From Flavobacteriales bacterium (GTDB lineage: Bacteria > Bacteroidota > Bacteroidia > NS11-12g > UBA955), in assembly GCA_040379725.1 (NCBI GenBank), contig JBEIKN010000001.1:1-33991 (forward strand): a stretch of 33,991 nucleotides of DNA. The letters are read 5' to 3'. Positions 17,454 through 27,615 of this stretch are shown piece by piece. The first letter of the stretch is position 1; every line of letters starts with the position of its first letter. A model generated the notes under the pieces. The model was not told where the DNA came from. It saw only the letters and a list, made by a program, of their open reading frames with translations, and made no database searches. The translations under genes and the position numbers were made by a program.

Positions 17454-18593
17454 TTGAAAATTCGCGTTGTATTTATACTCATTTTAGTGTTTTTGTGCTC
17501 AGTGTTTGCCTGGTGGTTGTATGCGTTTATTCAATACACACAAAAGGAATACACACTGCAAAAAAACAATTTGCAGTTGCACACAATCTCCATTCAAGAT
17601 GAGTTGGTTCAATTTATAGAGGGCAAAGCTCAATCGATTGACAGCAATTTATATCAAACTTATAGTGCCCATCAATCTGAAGCCCAGGCATATTTGAATA
17701 CACTCAATGAAAAACATCAGGTATTAACCCATATAGAATTATTAGATACCTTATCTGGCAATCACCATTTTTTTAAAATCACATTAGAGGATTCAGCGCT
17801 TGAAGGCATACAAAAACAGTTTGACAAAAAACAAAGGGCCTTTTATTCCGAAGTGATTTTTTTAGCGCTTTTGATCATTGGTGGCGTTGTATGGGTGTTT
17901 CAAAGATTACAAGCCTTGCTGCGCTTGAATGCCATGCAGAATAATTTCTTATTGTCGGTAACGCACGAGCTTAAAACCCCATTAACAGCCATAAAACTCA
18001 GTGCACAAACGCTTCAGCGAAAAGATTTACCTATGGCGATTCAGTCAGAATTGAATCATCAAATACAGTCCAATGCAGACCGATTGAATGAATTGCTTGA
18101 CAACGTACTTGTTGCCTCAAGAATTGATGGTCAAGATTACAAATACAATTTTACTGAAATAGACATCACAGAGATCATTCAAAACGTTGCAGATTTGGTT
18201 TTTGATACAGCTAATTTTAAAGGACAATTTGAATTCAATGAAGCGTCTAAAATCATAAGAGCAGATGAAGTAGCCCTTAAAATGGTTTTCAGCAATTTGA
18301 TTCAGAATGCCATAAAGTATGCAGGAGACCAAGCAACTATTCGCATCAGTTATCAGTCTTATTCAAAAGGATTTGATGTTATTGTAGCAGACAACGGTCC
18401 TGGCATTGAAGAATCTGAACTCAAAGCGGTCTTTAAAAAGTTTTATAGAATCGGTAATGAGTCGGTCAGAAACAGCAAAGGCACAGGATTGGGTTTGTAT
18501 CTGGTTCAACAAATATTAAAATCACATCAAGCTAAAATAAGGGCAATAGCCAATACACCGAAAGGCACTCAATTCATCATCACATTTAAATAA
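17454..18593 (+). CDS. Sensor histidine kinase (two TM helices, about 115-aa extracytoplasmic loop, HisKA and HATPase_c domains)
   Basis: The H-box is SVTHELKTPLTAI, the N-box NLIQNAIKY, the G1 box DNGPGI, and the G2 box GTGLGL. TM helices lie at about aa 4-25 and 133-150. I see no HAMP domain. Confidence 0.85.
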   Translation: MKIRVVFILILVFLCSVFAWWLYAFIQYTQKEYTLQKNNLQLHTISIQDELVQFIEGKAQSIDSNLYQTYSAHQSEAQAYLNTLNEKHQVLTHIELLDTLSGNHHFFKITLEDSALEGIQKQFDKKQRAFYSEVIFLALLIIGGVVWVFQRLQALLRLNAMQNNFLLSVTHELKTPLTAIKLSAQTLQRKDLPMAIQSELNHQIQSNADRLNELLDNVLVASRIDGQDYKYNFTEIDITEIIQNVADLVFDTANFKGQFEFNEASKIIRADEVALKMVFSNLIQNAIKYAGDQATIRISYQSYSKGFDVIVADNGPGIEESELKAVFKKFYRIGNESVRNSKGTGLGLYLVQQILKSHQAKIRAIANTPKGTQFIITFK

Positions 18594-18600
18594 ACCAACT

Positions 18601-19293
18601 ATGAACCGTATACTATTGGTCGAAGACGAAAGCAGCTTGCACGATTTACTCAAGATGAATCTGGAGTTAGATGGCAATAAAGTTATTGGCGTTAAGGATG
18701 GCCCATCTGCCATTCAGAGATTCAATGACGAACAATTTGATTTGGTCATTTTGGATATTATGATTCCGGGCATTGATGGCTATAATGTTTGCGAAAGCAT
18801 TCGTCTAAAAAACCAATCGGTACCTATTTTATTTTTGTCGGCCAAAAACCGTGTTGAAGATAGAATTGCTGGACTTAAAAAAGGCGCTGATGATTATATC
18901 ACAAAGCCTTTTAATTTGGAAGAATTGCAATTGAGAATTAACATTCTTTTGAAACGAAGCGCAGCGCTTAATCAGGTGCATCATTCAGTCAAAGAATTTG
19001 AATTTGGCGGTAACTCTGTGAACTTTGAAAAACACGAAGCCAAAGGCATTAATGGCCATTTCAATTTGACTAAAAAAGAAGTCTTGTTATTGAAGTTGCT
19101 TGTAGAGCATAAAAATGAGGTGGTGAGTCGTGAAAAAATCCTTCAAACAGTATGGGGTTATTCGGTGTATCCTTCGACCAGAACCATTGACAACTTTATA
19201 TTGTCTTTTAGAAAATACTTTGAAAAAGACCCTAAAAATCCCAAGTATTTTTTAGCCATAAGAGGGGTTGGCTATATCTTTGAATGCCCATAG
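18601..19293 (+). CDS. OmpR/PhoB-family response regulator (DNA-binding)
   Basis: Receiver motifs are present: LLVEDE, the phospho-acceptor context DLVILDIMIPGIDG, and ITKPF. The C-terminal winged-helix region contains LTKKEVLLLKLL...VVSRE...VW and RGVGY. Confidence 0.9.
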   Translation: MNRILLVEDESSLHDLLKMNLELDGNKVIGVKDGPSAIQRFNDEQFDLVILDIMIPGIDGYNVCESIRLKNQSVPILFLSAKNRVEDRIAGLKKGADDYITKPFNLEELQLRINILLKRSAALNQVHHSVKEFEFGGNSVNFEKHEAKGINGHFNLTKKEVLLLKLLVEHKNEVVSREKILQTVWGYSVYPSTRTIDNFILSFRKYFEKDPKNPKYFLAIRGVGYIFECP

Positions 19294-19361
19294 GGCAATT
19301 GCTTTACTGTCAGTAATTTGTCATATTAAGTTCTGCTTAGTGTTGAATTGGTTTGAGCAAT

Positions 19362-19369
19362 TAATTTTG
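19362..19369 (+). promoter_or_regulatory. Candidate -7 box (TAATTTTG) ahead of the HmuY-like / TonB-dependent receptor genes
   Basis: Matches TAnnTTTG and ends 22 nt upstream of the ATG at 19392. Confidence 0.4.
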
Positions 19370-19391
19370 CGCCATCAATCAAACCAATATC

Positions 19392-20684
19392 ATGAAAAAA
19401 TCATTTATACTTTTGGCGTGTTTACTCGGCTTAGGCTCAGTTTATGCGCAATGTCCTGCCAACGACAGCGCCCTTATGGGTCCTGGTTCTCTTAACGATG
19501 TGTTTTACAGTTTTAAGAAAGCTGCTCAAACAGGCAATGGCGTTGTTTCAACTGTATCAAATACCAATTGGCATTTAGCCTTTTCAGTGATGCCAAGCAA
19601 TTTTCCGAACAATCCTGCTAATGGAGTAGCCATTAGAGTCAATTCTCCACTAGGCGAAAATTCACAAGCACAAACCACAGGTACTAGCTTGGTTAAATTG
19701 ATTGGCGCCAATGCCAGCAATTGGAGAAACATTGATACTACAGGTTTGTATGCCTTGCAACCCATTTATGATAATGACAGTACTTGGAATTTGAGTGCCT
19801 TTACAAGAGGGTATAAAACAGCTGATCCATTCAATTTTATTTGGGGCAGTTATAATCCAACTTCTCATAATGTAGAAGGCAATAGTTCTGTATATGTTCT
19901 ATACAATAAGAGTGCTAATTGGTATAAAAAAATTACCATCAAAGAAGTCACTTTAGATACCATGTGGAATTTTGTCATCTCTAACATTGATAACACAGAT
20001 TCTCAAAACATCATCTTTAACAAAAAAGCCTACCCTAAAAAACTATTTGTGTATTACAACGTGTTAACCCATGCAATATCAGACAGAGAGCCAAGCGTTG
20101 ACCAATGGGATCTTGTTTGGACTAAGTACAAAGGTATGGTATCAATGGGCCCAGGTCCTAAGGTTCCTTATACTGTAACCGGTGTGTTAAGCAATCCATT
20201 TACTAGAGTTGCCAGAAATACTGGCAAACGATGTGACCAAGTGTGGTTGGCCAACAAAACAGCTCAGCCTCAAGATAAAATCTCCTGCATAGGTCATGAT
20301 TGGAAATTCTTTAACGGCATGTCTTATGACATTATAGATACCTTGGTGTATTTTGTTTCGACACGTGATTCACATACTTATAAAATGACCATGAAATCAT
20401 TCAGAAGTGCTAAAACCACTTTCAATTTTTATGAGTCAACATTATCGGTTAATGCGCTTCAGTCAGAGTCAAACATTAGAGTATTCCCTAACCCAAGTAA
20501 TGGTTTGATTCAAATTGAATCTGCATCTGCTATTCAAATGGTTGAAGTCTTTAATGCCATGGGACAAAAGGTTTTGAGCAGCAATGCTTCTACAATTGAT
20601 TTACAAGCTCAAGCAACAGGTATATACCATTTAGCCATTTATACTGAAAAGGGCATGGTCATGGGTTCTGTTCTTAAAAACTAA
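19392..20684 (+). CDS. HmuY-like domain protein with a T9SS C-terminal sorting domain
   Basis: Has the signal peptide MKKSFILLACLLGLGSVYAQ. Its body is paralogous to the ORF at 22710-23732 (NWHLAF vs DWDIRF; WDLVWTKY...PYTVTGVLSN...AR vs WDFMFTRY...PYRVAGVLCN...AR; IGHDWKFF vs IGYDWKSH; YKMTMKSF vs FKLRFLDF). Those motifs resemble the HmuY family (WDLAF-type). The C-terminal 69 aa are a typical Por/T9SS tail. Confidence 0.7.
   Translation: MKKSFILLACLLGLGSVYAQCPANDSALMGPGSLNDVFYSFKKAAQTGNGVVSTVSNTNWHLAFSVMPSNFPNNPANGVAIRVNSPLGENSQAQTTGTSLVKLIGANASNWRNIDTTGLYALQPIYDNDSTWNLSAFTRGYKTADPFNFIWGSYNPTSHNVEGNSSVYVLYNKSANWYKKITIKEVTLDTMWNFVISNIDNTDSQNIIFNKKAYPKKLFVYYNVLTHAISDREPSVDQWDLVWTKYKGMVSMGPGPKVPYTVTGVLSNPFTRVARNTGKRCDQVWLANKTAQPQDKISCIGHDWKFFNGMSYDIIDTLVYFVSTRDSHTYKMTMKSFRSAKTTFNFYESTLSVNALQSESNIRVFPNPSNGLIQIESASAIQMVEVFNAMGQKVLSSNASTIDLQAQATGIYHLAIYTEKGMVMGSVLKN
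20475..20681 (+). other. T9SS (Por) C-terminal sorting domain coding segment
   Basis: IRVFPNPSNGLIQIESASAIQMVEVFNAMGQKVLSSNASTIDLQAQATGIYHLAIYTEKGMVMGSVLKN fits the T9SS type A CTD pattern (vyPNP..g...i......v.v.n..Gq.v.......idl..l..GiY.l.i). Confidence 0.75.
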
Positions 20685-20715
20685 TTTCAATTTTTTGTTC
20701 TTGACCCTGCGTCAT

Positions 20716-22713
20716 ATGATGAGTGTAATGGCAATATCCATAATGGGTATCGCCTTTGCGCAAACCGATGATACTACTGATATTCAACGTGCAGTAGTAG
20801 CTACAGGGAATATTATGCCCAGCAATGCCTCAAAAACGGTTCATAATGTCAAAATAATCACTGCAAAAACCATTGAAAAACAAGGGGTATTCAATTTAAA
20901 GGATCTTTTACTCAAAGAGAACACCATACGCATCAGCAATGATAATCTCTTGGGTGCCTCGATGAGCCTGCAAGGCATGAGTGGCCAAAACATCAAAATT
21001 TTATTGGATGGTGTGCCCATTACTGGTCGCGAAAATGGCAATATTGACTTGGGGCAGATGAATTTGAATAACATCGAAAGGATTGAAATCATTGAAGGCC
21101 CCTTATCGGTCATTTACGGCACTGATGCCTTGGGTGGTGTCATCAATATGGTGTCAAAGCGCATTGTATTAGACAGTACTAAACCTTATTCAGCATTTGC
21201 TAACGCCTATTCTGAAAGCATTCAACAAAACAATATTGGTGCTGGTGCTTTGGTCAAGTTACAAGGGCTCAATTTAGGGGCTAGTTTGAATAGAAATTTC
21301 TTTGGAGGCTATTCGCCCAATTCAAACAGCCGTGTGATGCTTTGGAAACCGAAAGAACAGGTGTTTGGACATTTTACTTTGTTGCAACAAAATGGCAAAC
21401 TCAAATTGAGGTTTAAATCCGATGTTTTCAATGAGAAAATAGAAAACAGAGGTGAACCCGTGATCAACCATTTGGAGGCTTATGCATACGATGAATACTA
21501 TTTAACCAATCGCAGCATGACTTCCTTGAACCTCGAAAAACAAATCAAGCCAAAAACCTATTGGCAGGTCTTAACGTCGTTTAATATTTACCAGCGCGAT
21601 AAAGTCACCTATTTGAAAGACCTCACACAGTTCAATAAAATGACTTTGGTGCAAAATCCTGATGCCAATAGTTCAACGTCTTTTTTGAATGGCATGAGCA
21701 GAGGCACCTATAACAATGCCAGCAAACAGTCATTTGCTTATCAGTTGGGATATGACATCAACCTGAACAATGCATTTGGTACTAAAATAGAGGCTGACAA
21801 AGGCAAAATGAATGATTATGCGTTTTTTGCTTGCGCGGAAATCCAATCCCTTAAACACTTTAACATCAAACCAGGTTTTAGAGCCAGTTTTAACACCAAG
21901 TATGCAGCGCCTTTTATCCCATCTATTCAAGTAAAATACGATGGCATCAAACATGTCAGCATACGTTATGCCTACGGAAGAGGTTTTAGAGCACCAAGTC
22001 TTAAAGAATTGTACTTGTATTTTGTGGATTACAACCACAATATATTAGGCAATCCAGATTTACAATCGGAGTTATCCAATAACCACAGCGCGGCATTCAA
22101 GTACCGTTTCAAAATCAAGCAATGGCAATTGACTTTAGACAATACCTATTTTTACAACAGCATCTTTAATCAAATTGCATTGGTCAGATTGAATTCTAGC
22201 AATTTGGAATACACTTATCAGAACATTGACCGGTTTAAATCTTTAGGCAGCAATTTGCAGTTAAACTTTCAAAAGCGCCGCTTTAGTGGCAATATGGGGG
22301 CCGCCTACACAGGCATCTATAACAATGCATTTGAACTCTTCAATAAACAGCAATATTTGTATTCTCCAGAGCTAAGAACCCAATTGTTTTATCAACTTAA
22401 ATCCAAGCGATTTTATGATCAAACCACCGTGTCTGTTTTTTATAAATATGTTGGCAAAACAGCAGGCTATGCTTTGGACAATTTAAGACAAGTGGTAAAC
22501 ACTTATACGCAGGCTTATAGCATGCTTGACATTACCCTTAACAAAGCCTTTATGCACAATAAACTCCATTTGACTATGGGTGCTAAAAACCTGTTCAATG
22601 TTAGCACCATTAGGGCTGTTAACGTATCGAGTAGTTTTCACAACGCCGGAAGCAACAGCATGCCAGTGTCAATAGGACGTTCAGTATTCATTCAATGTGC
22701 CTACAAACTATGA
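20716..22713 (+). CDS. TonB-dependent outer-membrane receptor (HmuR-like in size and context)
   Basis: The signal peptide MMSVMAISIMGIAFAQ starts at the ATG at 20716; the track uses a TTG at 20695. Plug-domain motifs are present (NVKIITAKTIEKQG, IEIIEGPLSVIYGTDALGGVINMV), followed by a long beta-barrel with alternating hydrophobic residues. The last strand is GRSVFIQCAYKL. Confidence 0.85.
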   Translation: MMSVMAISIMGIAFAQTDDTTDIQRAVVATGNIMPSNASKTVHNVKIITAKTIEKQGVFNLKDLLLKENTIRISNDNLLGASMSLQGMSGQNIKILLDGVPITGRENGNIDLGQMNLNNIERIEIIEGPLSVIYGTDALGGVINMVSKRIVLDSTKPYSAFANAYSESIQQNNIGAGALVKLQGLNLGASLNRNFFGGYSPNSNSRVMLWKPKEQVFGHFTLLQQNGKLKLRFKSDVFNEKIENRGEPVINHLEAYAYDEYYLTNRSMTSLNLEKQIKPKTYWQVLTSFNIYQRDKVTYLKDLTQFNKMTLVQNPDANSSTSFLNGMSRGTYNNASKQSFAYQLGYDINLNNAFGTKIEADKGKMNDYAFFACAEIQSLKHFNIKPGFRASFNTKYAAPFIPSIQVKYDGIKHVSIRYAYGRGFRAPSLKELYLYFVDYNHNILGNPDLQSELSNNHSAAFKYRFKIKQWQLTLDNTYFYNSIFNQIALVRLNSSNLEYTYQNIDRFKSLGSNLQLNFQKRRFSGNMGAAYTGIYNNAFELFNKQQYLYSPELRTQLFYQLKSKRFYDQTTVSVFYKYVGKTAGYALDNLRQVVNTYTQAYSMLDITLNKAFMHNKLHLTMGAKNLFNVSTIRAVNVSSSFHNAGSNSMPVSIGRSVFIQCAYKL

Positions 22714-23732
22714 GCAAACCAATAAGTGCTATACCGTTGTTTTTGACGCTTGCTTTAACAGCCTGTTTTAAGCAAGAAGACCCAATTGTTTTGCCTCAAG
22801 GCAATAGTCAAATTAGTACTTGTTTTATAGGTACCGATTACGAGAACAATGTGTATTTTGATTTGGGAACGAATACTTATCAGATCCATCCTTCAGATGA
22901 TTGGGACATCCGTTTTGAAAGCGATGATACAGCATGGGGCATGTTCATCAATACGGGTAACAACATCAAATTGTATAAAACCGATTTGTATGCGCTTAAT
23001 GACCCGCGTTCTGATGATACCAATTACATCAAATCATTCAAACCATTAATAGATGCCCCAGAGGGCAATCCTTTTACGTCTGCATCAGCTAATTGGCGTT
23101 TATTTAAACGCCGGGGTATTGCAGATTCATTGGGTGTGTATGTTATTGATTTAAGTTATGAAAGTGGTTCAAGTCAATACAAGAAAGTTCAAATTCTAAA
23201 TGTCACACATGCCGCCTACCGCTTTGTGATAGCCGATCTTTACAGTACCCAATCAGATACCATTATCTTATTAAAGGACAAATCCAGTAACTACAGTTAT
23301 TTCTCCTTCAGAAATGGCGGTCAAATAGTACAATCTGTTGAACCCAATCAAGCACACTGGGACTTTATGTTTACCCGTTACAACCATAATTTTATGGGCA
23401 TTTTGCCTAATAATGAACCATTTCCGTATAGGGTTGCTGGAGTTTTATGTAATCGCAATGGGGTTTTAGTTGCTAGAGATTCTACAACTGGATTTGACGC
23501 CATCAATGCCGGAATGATTCGCCAATTGCAGTTTTCTGATCGAGCAAATGCCATTGGATACGATTGGAAATCACATGCTTTTGCTGCTGCTGGCAATTAT
23601 GTTGTGAATCAAAAAATAACTTACATTATTAAGGATACCGATGGTCAATTTTTCAAATTAAGGTTTTTGGATTTTTACAATGCTAAAGCTGAAAAAGGCT
23701 ATCCCAAATTTGAATTTATTCGCATTCAATAG
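22710..23732 (+). CDS. HmuY-like lipoprotein
   Basis: The start at 22710 gives an ATGA overlap with the receptor stop. The lipobox is LALTAC. The protein is a paralog of the product of 19392-20684 (motifs listed there) but has no T9SS tail. Confidence 0.7.
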   Translation: MSKPISAIPLFLTLALTACFKQEDPIVLPQGNSQISTCFIGTDYENNVYFDLGTNTYQIHPSDDWDIRFESDDTAWGMFINTGNNIKLYKTDLYALNDPRSDDTNYIKSFKPLIDAPEGNPFTSASANWRLFKRRGIADSLGVYVIDLSYESGSSQYKKVQILNVTHAAYRFVIADLYSTQSDTIILLKDKSSNYSYFSFRNGGQIVQSVEPNQAHWDFMFTRYNHNFMGILPNNEPFPYRVAGVLCNRNGVLVARDSTTGFDAINAGMIRQLQFSDRANAIGYDWKSHAFAAAGNYVVNQKITYIIKDTDGQFFKLRFLDFYNAKAEKGYPKFEFIRIQ

Positions 23733-23857
23733 GGCCTTTTTGTGCTCAAAATCTTCTTGTTTTTAGGACAAATTGTCTGAATTCTCGATAAAATCCCCAT
23801 ATTAAGGGCAAAAGTATTGGCATAAACTGCTGTAAATTAAGCATCTTTGTAGCTTGT

Positions 23858-24880
23858 ATGACGGGCATTCATTCGGCTAAAACGATATTAGAAAACATTC
23901 AAGCAATCAATGGGGCAAAAGTGGTGATTACAACCCACCATAAACCAGATGCTGATGCTATGGGTTCTAGTTTGGGTTTAAGACAATTTTTAATCCATAT
24001 CGGCTGTTCGGTGACAGTGATTACACCAACCGACTATGCCTCTTTTTTAAAATGGATGAAAGGCGAGGAGCACACCATTGTTTTTGAAGATCAAGTTGAA
24101 GTGGCCACCCGTATTACTCAAGAAGCAGATTTTATCTTTTGCTTAGACTTTAATCAGTTGTCAAGAATCAATGAATACGGCGATGTTGTTGGCAATGCCA
24201 AAGGCTTAAAAATCTTAATGGATCACCATCAATACCCAGAGGGTTTTGAAGATTTTACCTATTGGGATGACAAAGCAAGTTCAACCTGCGAATTGGTGTA
24301 TCGATTTATCAACGAAGCTGGTAAAGCCGATATGATTGATGCTGATACAGCAGCCTGTTTGTATACTGGTATCGTTACAGATACTGGTTCATTTAGATTC
24401 AGTAGTTGCAGCAGTCAGACCATGCGCATTGCCGCAGATTTAATGGATAAGGGCATTAACCATAGCAGTATTTTTGATTCCGTTTACGATAGTTTTTCAG
24501 AGTCTCGTGTTAAGTTTATTGGGTATGCCATCAGTCAAAAACTAGAAGTACTACCAGAGTATAAAACCGCTTTAATCACCATAGATCATGAAGAACTTAA
24601 GCGCTTTAACATTACTACAGGCGACACCGAAGGTTTAGTGAATTACGGCTTAAGCATTGAGGGCATTCGCTTTGCTGTTTTGATCATCGATAGAAGCAAA
24701 TTAGTGAAAATGAGTTTCAGAAGCAAAGGCACGTTTGCGGCCAATGTATTTGCTATGAATCATTTTAGCGGAGGCGGGCATTTTCATGCAGCAGGTGGCA
24801 GTAGTACCGATGATTTGAACACCACCATAGAGAAATTTAAATCAGCATTAATCAATTATAAAGATCAATTGAATGGGTAA
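23858..24880 (+). CDS. nrnA: DHH/DHHA1-family phosphoesterase (NrnA-like oligoribonuclease / pAp phosphatase)
   Basis: Motifs present: HHKPDADAMGS, DFN, MDHHQ (the DHH motif), and GGGHFHAAGG (the DHHA1 GGGH motif). Confidence 0.8.
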   Translation: MTGIHSAKTILENIQAINGAKVVITTHHKPDADAMGSSLGLRQFLIHIGCSVTVITPTDYASFLKWMKGEEHTIVFEDQVEVATRITQEADFIFCLDFNQLSRINEYGDVVGNAKGLKILMDHHQYPEGFEDFTYWDDKASSTCELVYRFINEAGKADMIDADTAACLYTGIVTDTGSFRFSSCSSQTMRIAADLMDKGINHSSIFDSVYDSFSESRVKFIGYAISQKLEVLPEYKTALITIDHEELKRFNITTGDTEGLVNYGLSIEGIRFAVLIIDRSKLVKMSFRSKGTFAANVFAMNHFSGGGHFHAAGGSSTDDLNTTIEKFKSALINYKDQLNG

Positions 24881-25742
24881 ACACTTTTTTTATATTATTG
24901 GCATCATTGGCCTTATTGGCTTGAGTAGTTGTAATGGTTTTTCTAATACAGAATCGGGCTTGCGCTACAAATTTTTAAAACGCAGTCAAAATCAAGCATT
25001 GCCAAATTTTGGACAGTATTTGCAATGTTATTACAGCATTCAAAATTCTGAAGATTCTTTGATTTACAATTTGTTCGGACAAACCCCAGACCGCATTTTA
25101 TTGACCACTTTTACGCACAAGGGTGGTGATATTATGGAAGCTTTGAGTAGTATGGCTGAAGGCGACAGTGCTCAGTTCCTCATCAGCGCAGATTCCTTTT
25201 TCTTAAAAACCAGAGGCGAAATCGTATTGCCCTCTTACATTCAGGCAGGAACTGATCTTAAATTTACCATCAAGATGGATAAGTTCTTGAACAAACGCCA
25301 AGTGGATAGTTTGGTGAATGTCGAAAAGTTAGCCCGATGGAACGAAGAGATTAAAAACATCAATGCCTATGTGCGCAAAAATAGTTTGGTGGTAGAGATT
25401 GATACCGCAACAGGTATCCGTTCTCAGGTGCATCAAAAAGGTGCTGATACAGCCAAACGCATAACAGAGGGTTCAATCGTGAATTTTCATTTTATTGGAA
25501 AATTGACGGATGGTACTGAATTTTATAATTCCTATACAGCAGGTCAGCCTCAAACGGTTAAGGTCATCAAAACACAATTTGAACCGATTGGCATGTATGA
25601 AATTTTAATGGGTATGAAAGCGGGCGAGAAAGCCACCTTTATTTTGCCTTATGATTTGGCCTTTGGGCCTGAGGGCGTCGAAGGCATGAGTCCACCATAC
25701 GCTACCTTGGTGTATGAAGTCAATATTTTAAACGTACGATAA
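24873..25742 (+). CDS. FKBP-type peptidyl-prolyl cis-trans isomerase lipoprotein
   Basis: The lipobox is GLSSC. The C-terminal FKBP_C domain is [21 protein letters not shown]...[21 protein letters not shown]...[16 protein letters not shown] degenerate FKBP-like N-terminal half is also present. The start overlaps the nrnA stop by 8 nt. Confidence 0.75.
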   Translation: MGKHFFYIIGIIGLIGLSSCNGFSNTESGLRYKFLKRSQNQALPNFGQYLQCYYSIQNSEDSLIYNLFGQTPDRILLTTFTHKGGDIMEALSSMAEGDSAQFLISADSFFLKTRGEIVLPSYIQAGTDLKFTIKMDKFLNKRQVDSLVNVEKLARWNEEIKNINAYVRKNSLVVEIDTATGIRSQVHQKGADTAKRITEGSIVNFHFIGKLTDGTEFYNSYTAGQPQTVKVIKTQFEPIGMYEILMGMKAGEKATFILPYDLAFGPEGVEGMSPPYATLVYEVNILNVR

Positions 25743-26563
25743 TGATGAATACTTTTTTAAAAACCACCTTTGTATTGGCTTTGAGCTTGTGTGTATCGCA
25801 AGTGGCAGAAGCTAAAAAAACCCCTAAAGTAAAACCCAATGATACCGTTACTACGGCTTCTGGCCTAAGGTATATCATTACCCAACGCAACCCAAGTGGT
25901 GAGTTGGCTGCTAAGGGCGATCAAGTGACCGCACATTATACCGGCACTTTGATCAATGGTAAGAAATTCGACAGCTCAAAAGACCGCAATCAACCCTTTT
26001 CATTCGTATTGGGTGTTGGACAAGTGATTAAAGGATGGGATGAGGGTTTTGGTGTTTTGCGCAAGGGCGAAAAAGCCACATTGGTCATTCCATCGACTTT
26101 GGGTTACGGTGCTCAAGACATGGGCGATATTCCGCCGCATTCAACGTTGATTTTTGAAGTAGAGATGTTAGACATCAGAAAACCAATGCAATACACGCCC
26201 TTTAGTGGATTTGGCAAGGATACCATTACAACGGCTTCAGGTTTAAAATACATTGTGATTGACAAGGGTATAGACTCTGTTCAAGCTAAGGCGGGTCAAA
26301 ATGCAGCTGTTTTCTACGCTGGTTATTTTACAAATGGCGATAAATTTGACGGCAACTTTAATCAGTTTGAGCCAATTGTATTGCCTGTTGTTGGTGCAGG
26401 GGTTATTAAAGGTTGGCAAGAAATGTTGCCTTTAATGCACTTGGGTATGAAAGTGAGGGTGATAATTCCTGGTCATTTGGCTTATGGTGAAAGAGTCTAT
26501 CCTGGTGTGATTGAACCTAATGCTACCTTGATCTTTGATATGTATTTAAGCGATTTGTTGTAA
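25742..26563 (+). CDS. Secreted FKBP-type peptidyl-prolyl isomerase with two FKBP domains
   Basis: Has a signal peptide and two copies of the FKBP core ([18 protein letters not shown]...VIKGWDEG...[15 protein letters not shown]...[16 protein letters not shown], plus a second, more divergent copy). Both ends overlap neighbours as TAATG. Confidence 0.85.
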   Translation: MMNTFLKTTFVLALSLCVSQVAEAKKTPKVKPNDTVTTASGLRYIITQRNPSGELAAKGDQVTAHYTGTLINGKKFDSSKDRNQPFSFVLGVGQVIKGWDEGFGVLRKGEKATLVIPSTLGYGAQDMGDIPPHSTLIFEVEMLDIRKPMQYTPFSGFGKDTITTASGLKYIVIDKGIDSVQAKAGQNAAVFYAGYFTNGDKFDGNFNQFEPIVLPVVGAGVIKGWQEMLPLMHLGMKVRVIIPGHLAYGERVYPGVIEPNATLIFDMYLSDLL

Positions 26564-27615
26564 TGAGAAAGTTACTGATAACTGGCGGCGCAGGGTTTAT
26601 TGGTTCGCATGTGGTTAGGCGTTTTGTGCGCATGTACCCAAACGATCAAATTTTCAATTTGGATAATTTGACCTATGCCGGCAATTTGGAAAATTTAAAA
26701 GACATTGAACAAGCCAGTAATTACCATTTTGTTAAAGGTGATATTACCGATTCGGCCTTTATACAAAACTTGTTCGAAACCCATCAATTTGATGGTGTTA
26801 TACACTTAGCGGCGGAGTCGCATGTTGACCGTTCCATTAGCAATCCTATGGCTTTTGTGATGACCAATGTAGTTGGAACAGTGAATCTGTTAAACGCAGC
26901 GCGTCACATTTGGAAGGCTTCAGAAGGCAAACGTTTTTATCATGTGAGCACAGATGAAGTGTATGGTCAATTGGGTCATGAAGGCAAGTTTGTAGAGACA
27001 ACCCCATACGACCCTAATTCGCCTTATAGTGCTTCTAAGGCTGCTAGCGATCATTTTGTGCGTGCTTATCATCATACTTATGGTTTGCCGGTTGTGTTAT
27101 CGAATTGCAGCAACAATTATGGTTCACATCATTTTCCTGAAAAATTAATTCCGTTGATGATCAATAACATTCTTCAGAAGAAACCTTTGCCGGTCTATGG
27201 CAAGGGTGAGAATGTGCGCGATTGGTTGTTTGTTGAAGACCATGCTGCTGCCATTGATGTGATTTTTCATCAAGGTGTTTTAGGCGATACCTATAATATT
27301 GGCGGCAACAATGAATGGAAAAACATTGATTTGGTAAAACATTTGTGCCGATTGATGGATCAAAAATTGAACCGCAACGCGGGTGAGTCTGAACAATTGA
27401 TTACCTATGTGACAGACCGTGCCGGTCATGATTTCAGATATGCGATCGATTCGAGTAAGTTGATGTCTGAATTGGCTTGGAAACCGTCTGTGACCTTTGA
27501 GCAAGGCTTAGAAAAAACTGTGGATTGGTATTTGGCCAATCAAGAATGGTTGAACCACGTTACCAGTGGCGCCTACCAACAATATTATCAAAACATGTAT
27601 AGCAACAGATCATGA
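26563..27615 (+). CDS. rfbB: dTDP-glucose 4,6-dehydratase
   Basis: Motifs present: [27 protein letters not shown], and [10 protein letters not shown] (YxxxK). The length of 350 aa fits. Confidence 0.92.
   Translation: MRKLLITGGAGFIGSHVVRRFVRMYPNDQIFNLDNLTYAGNLENLKDIEQASNYHFVKGDITDSAFIQNLFETHQFDGVIHLAAESHVDRSISNPMAFVMTNVVGTVNLLNAARHIWKASEGKRFYHVSTDEVYGQLGHEGKFVETTPYDPNSPYSASKAASDHFVRAYHHTYGLPVVLSNCSNNYGSHHFPEKLIPLMINNILQKKPLPVYGKGENVRDWLFVEDHAAAIDVIFHQGVLGDTYNIGGNNEWKNIDLVKHLCRLMDQKLNRNAGESEQLITYVTDRAGHDFRYAIDSSKLMSELAWKPSVTFEQGLEKTVDWYLANQEWLNHVTSGAYQQYYQNMYSNRS

Noticed and set aside
19304-19316. Palindrome TTACTG-T-CAGTAA just after the response regulator gene, as a possible operator or terminator.
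   Set aside because: It is short and AT-rich, so it is plausible by chance. A 1-3 nt loop makes a poor RNA hairpin, and OmpR-family regulators usually bind direct rather than inverted repeats.
19268-19495. 75-aa ORF bridging the response regulator 3' end, the intergenic region and the HmuY-like gene 5' end.
   Set aside because: It overlaps two better-supported genes in other frames and spans the candidate promoter, so it has no support of its own.
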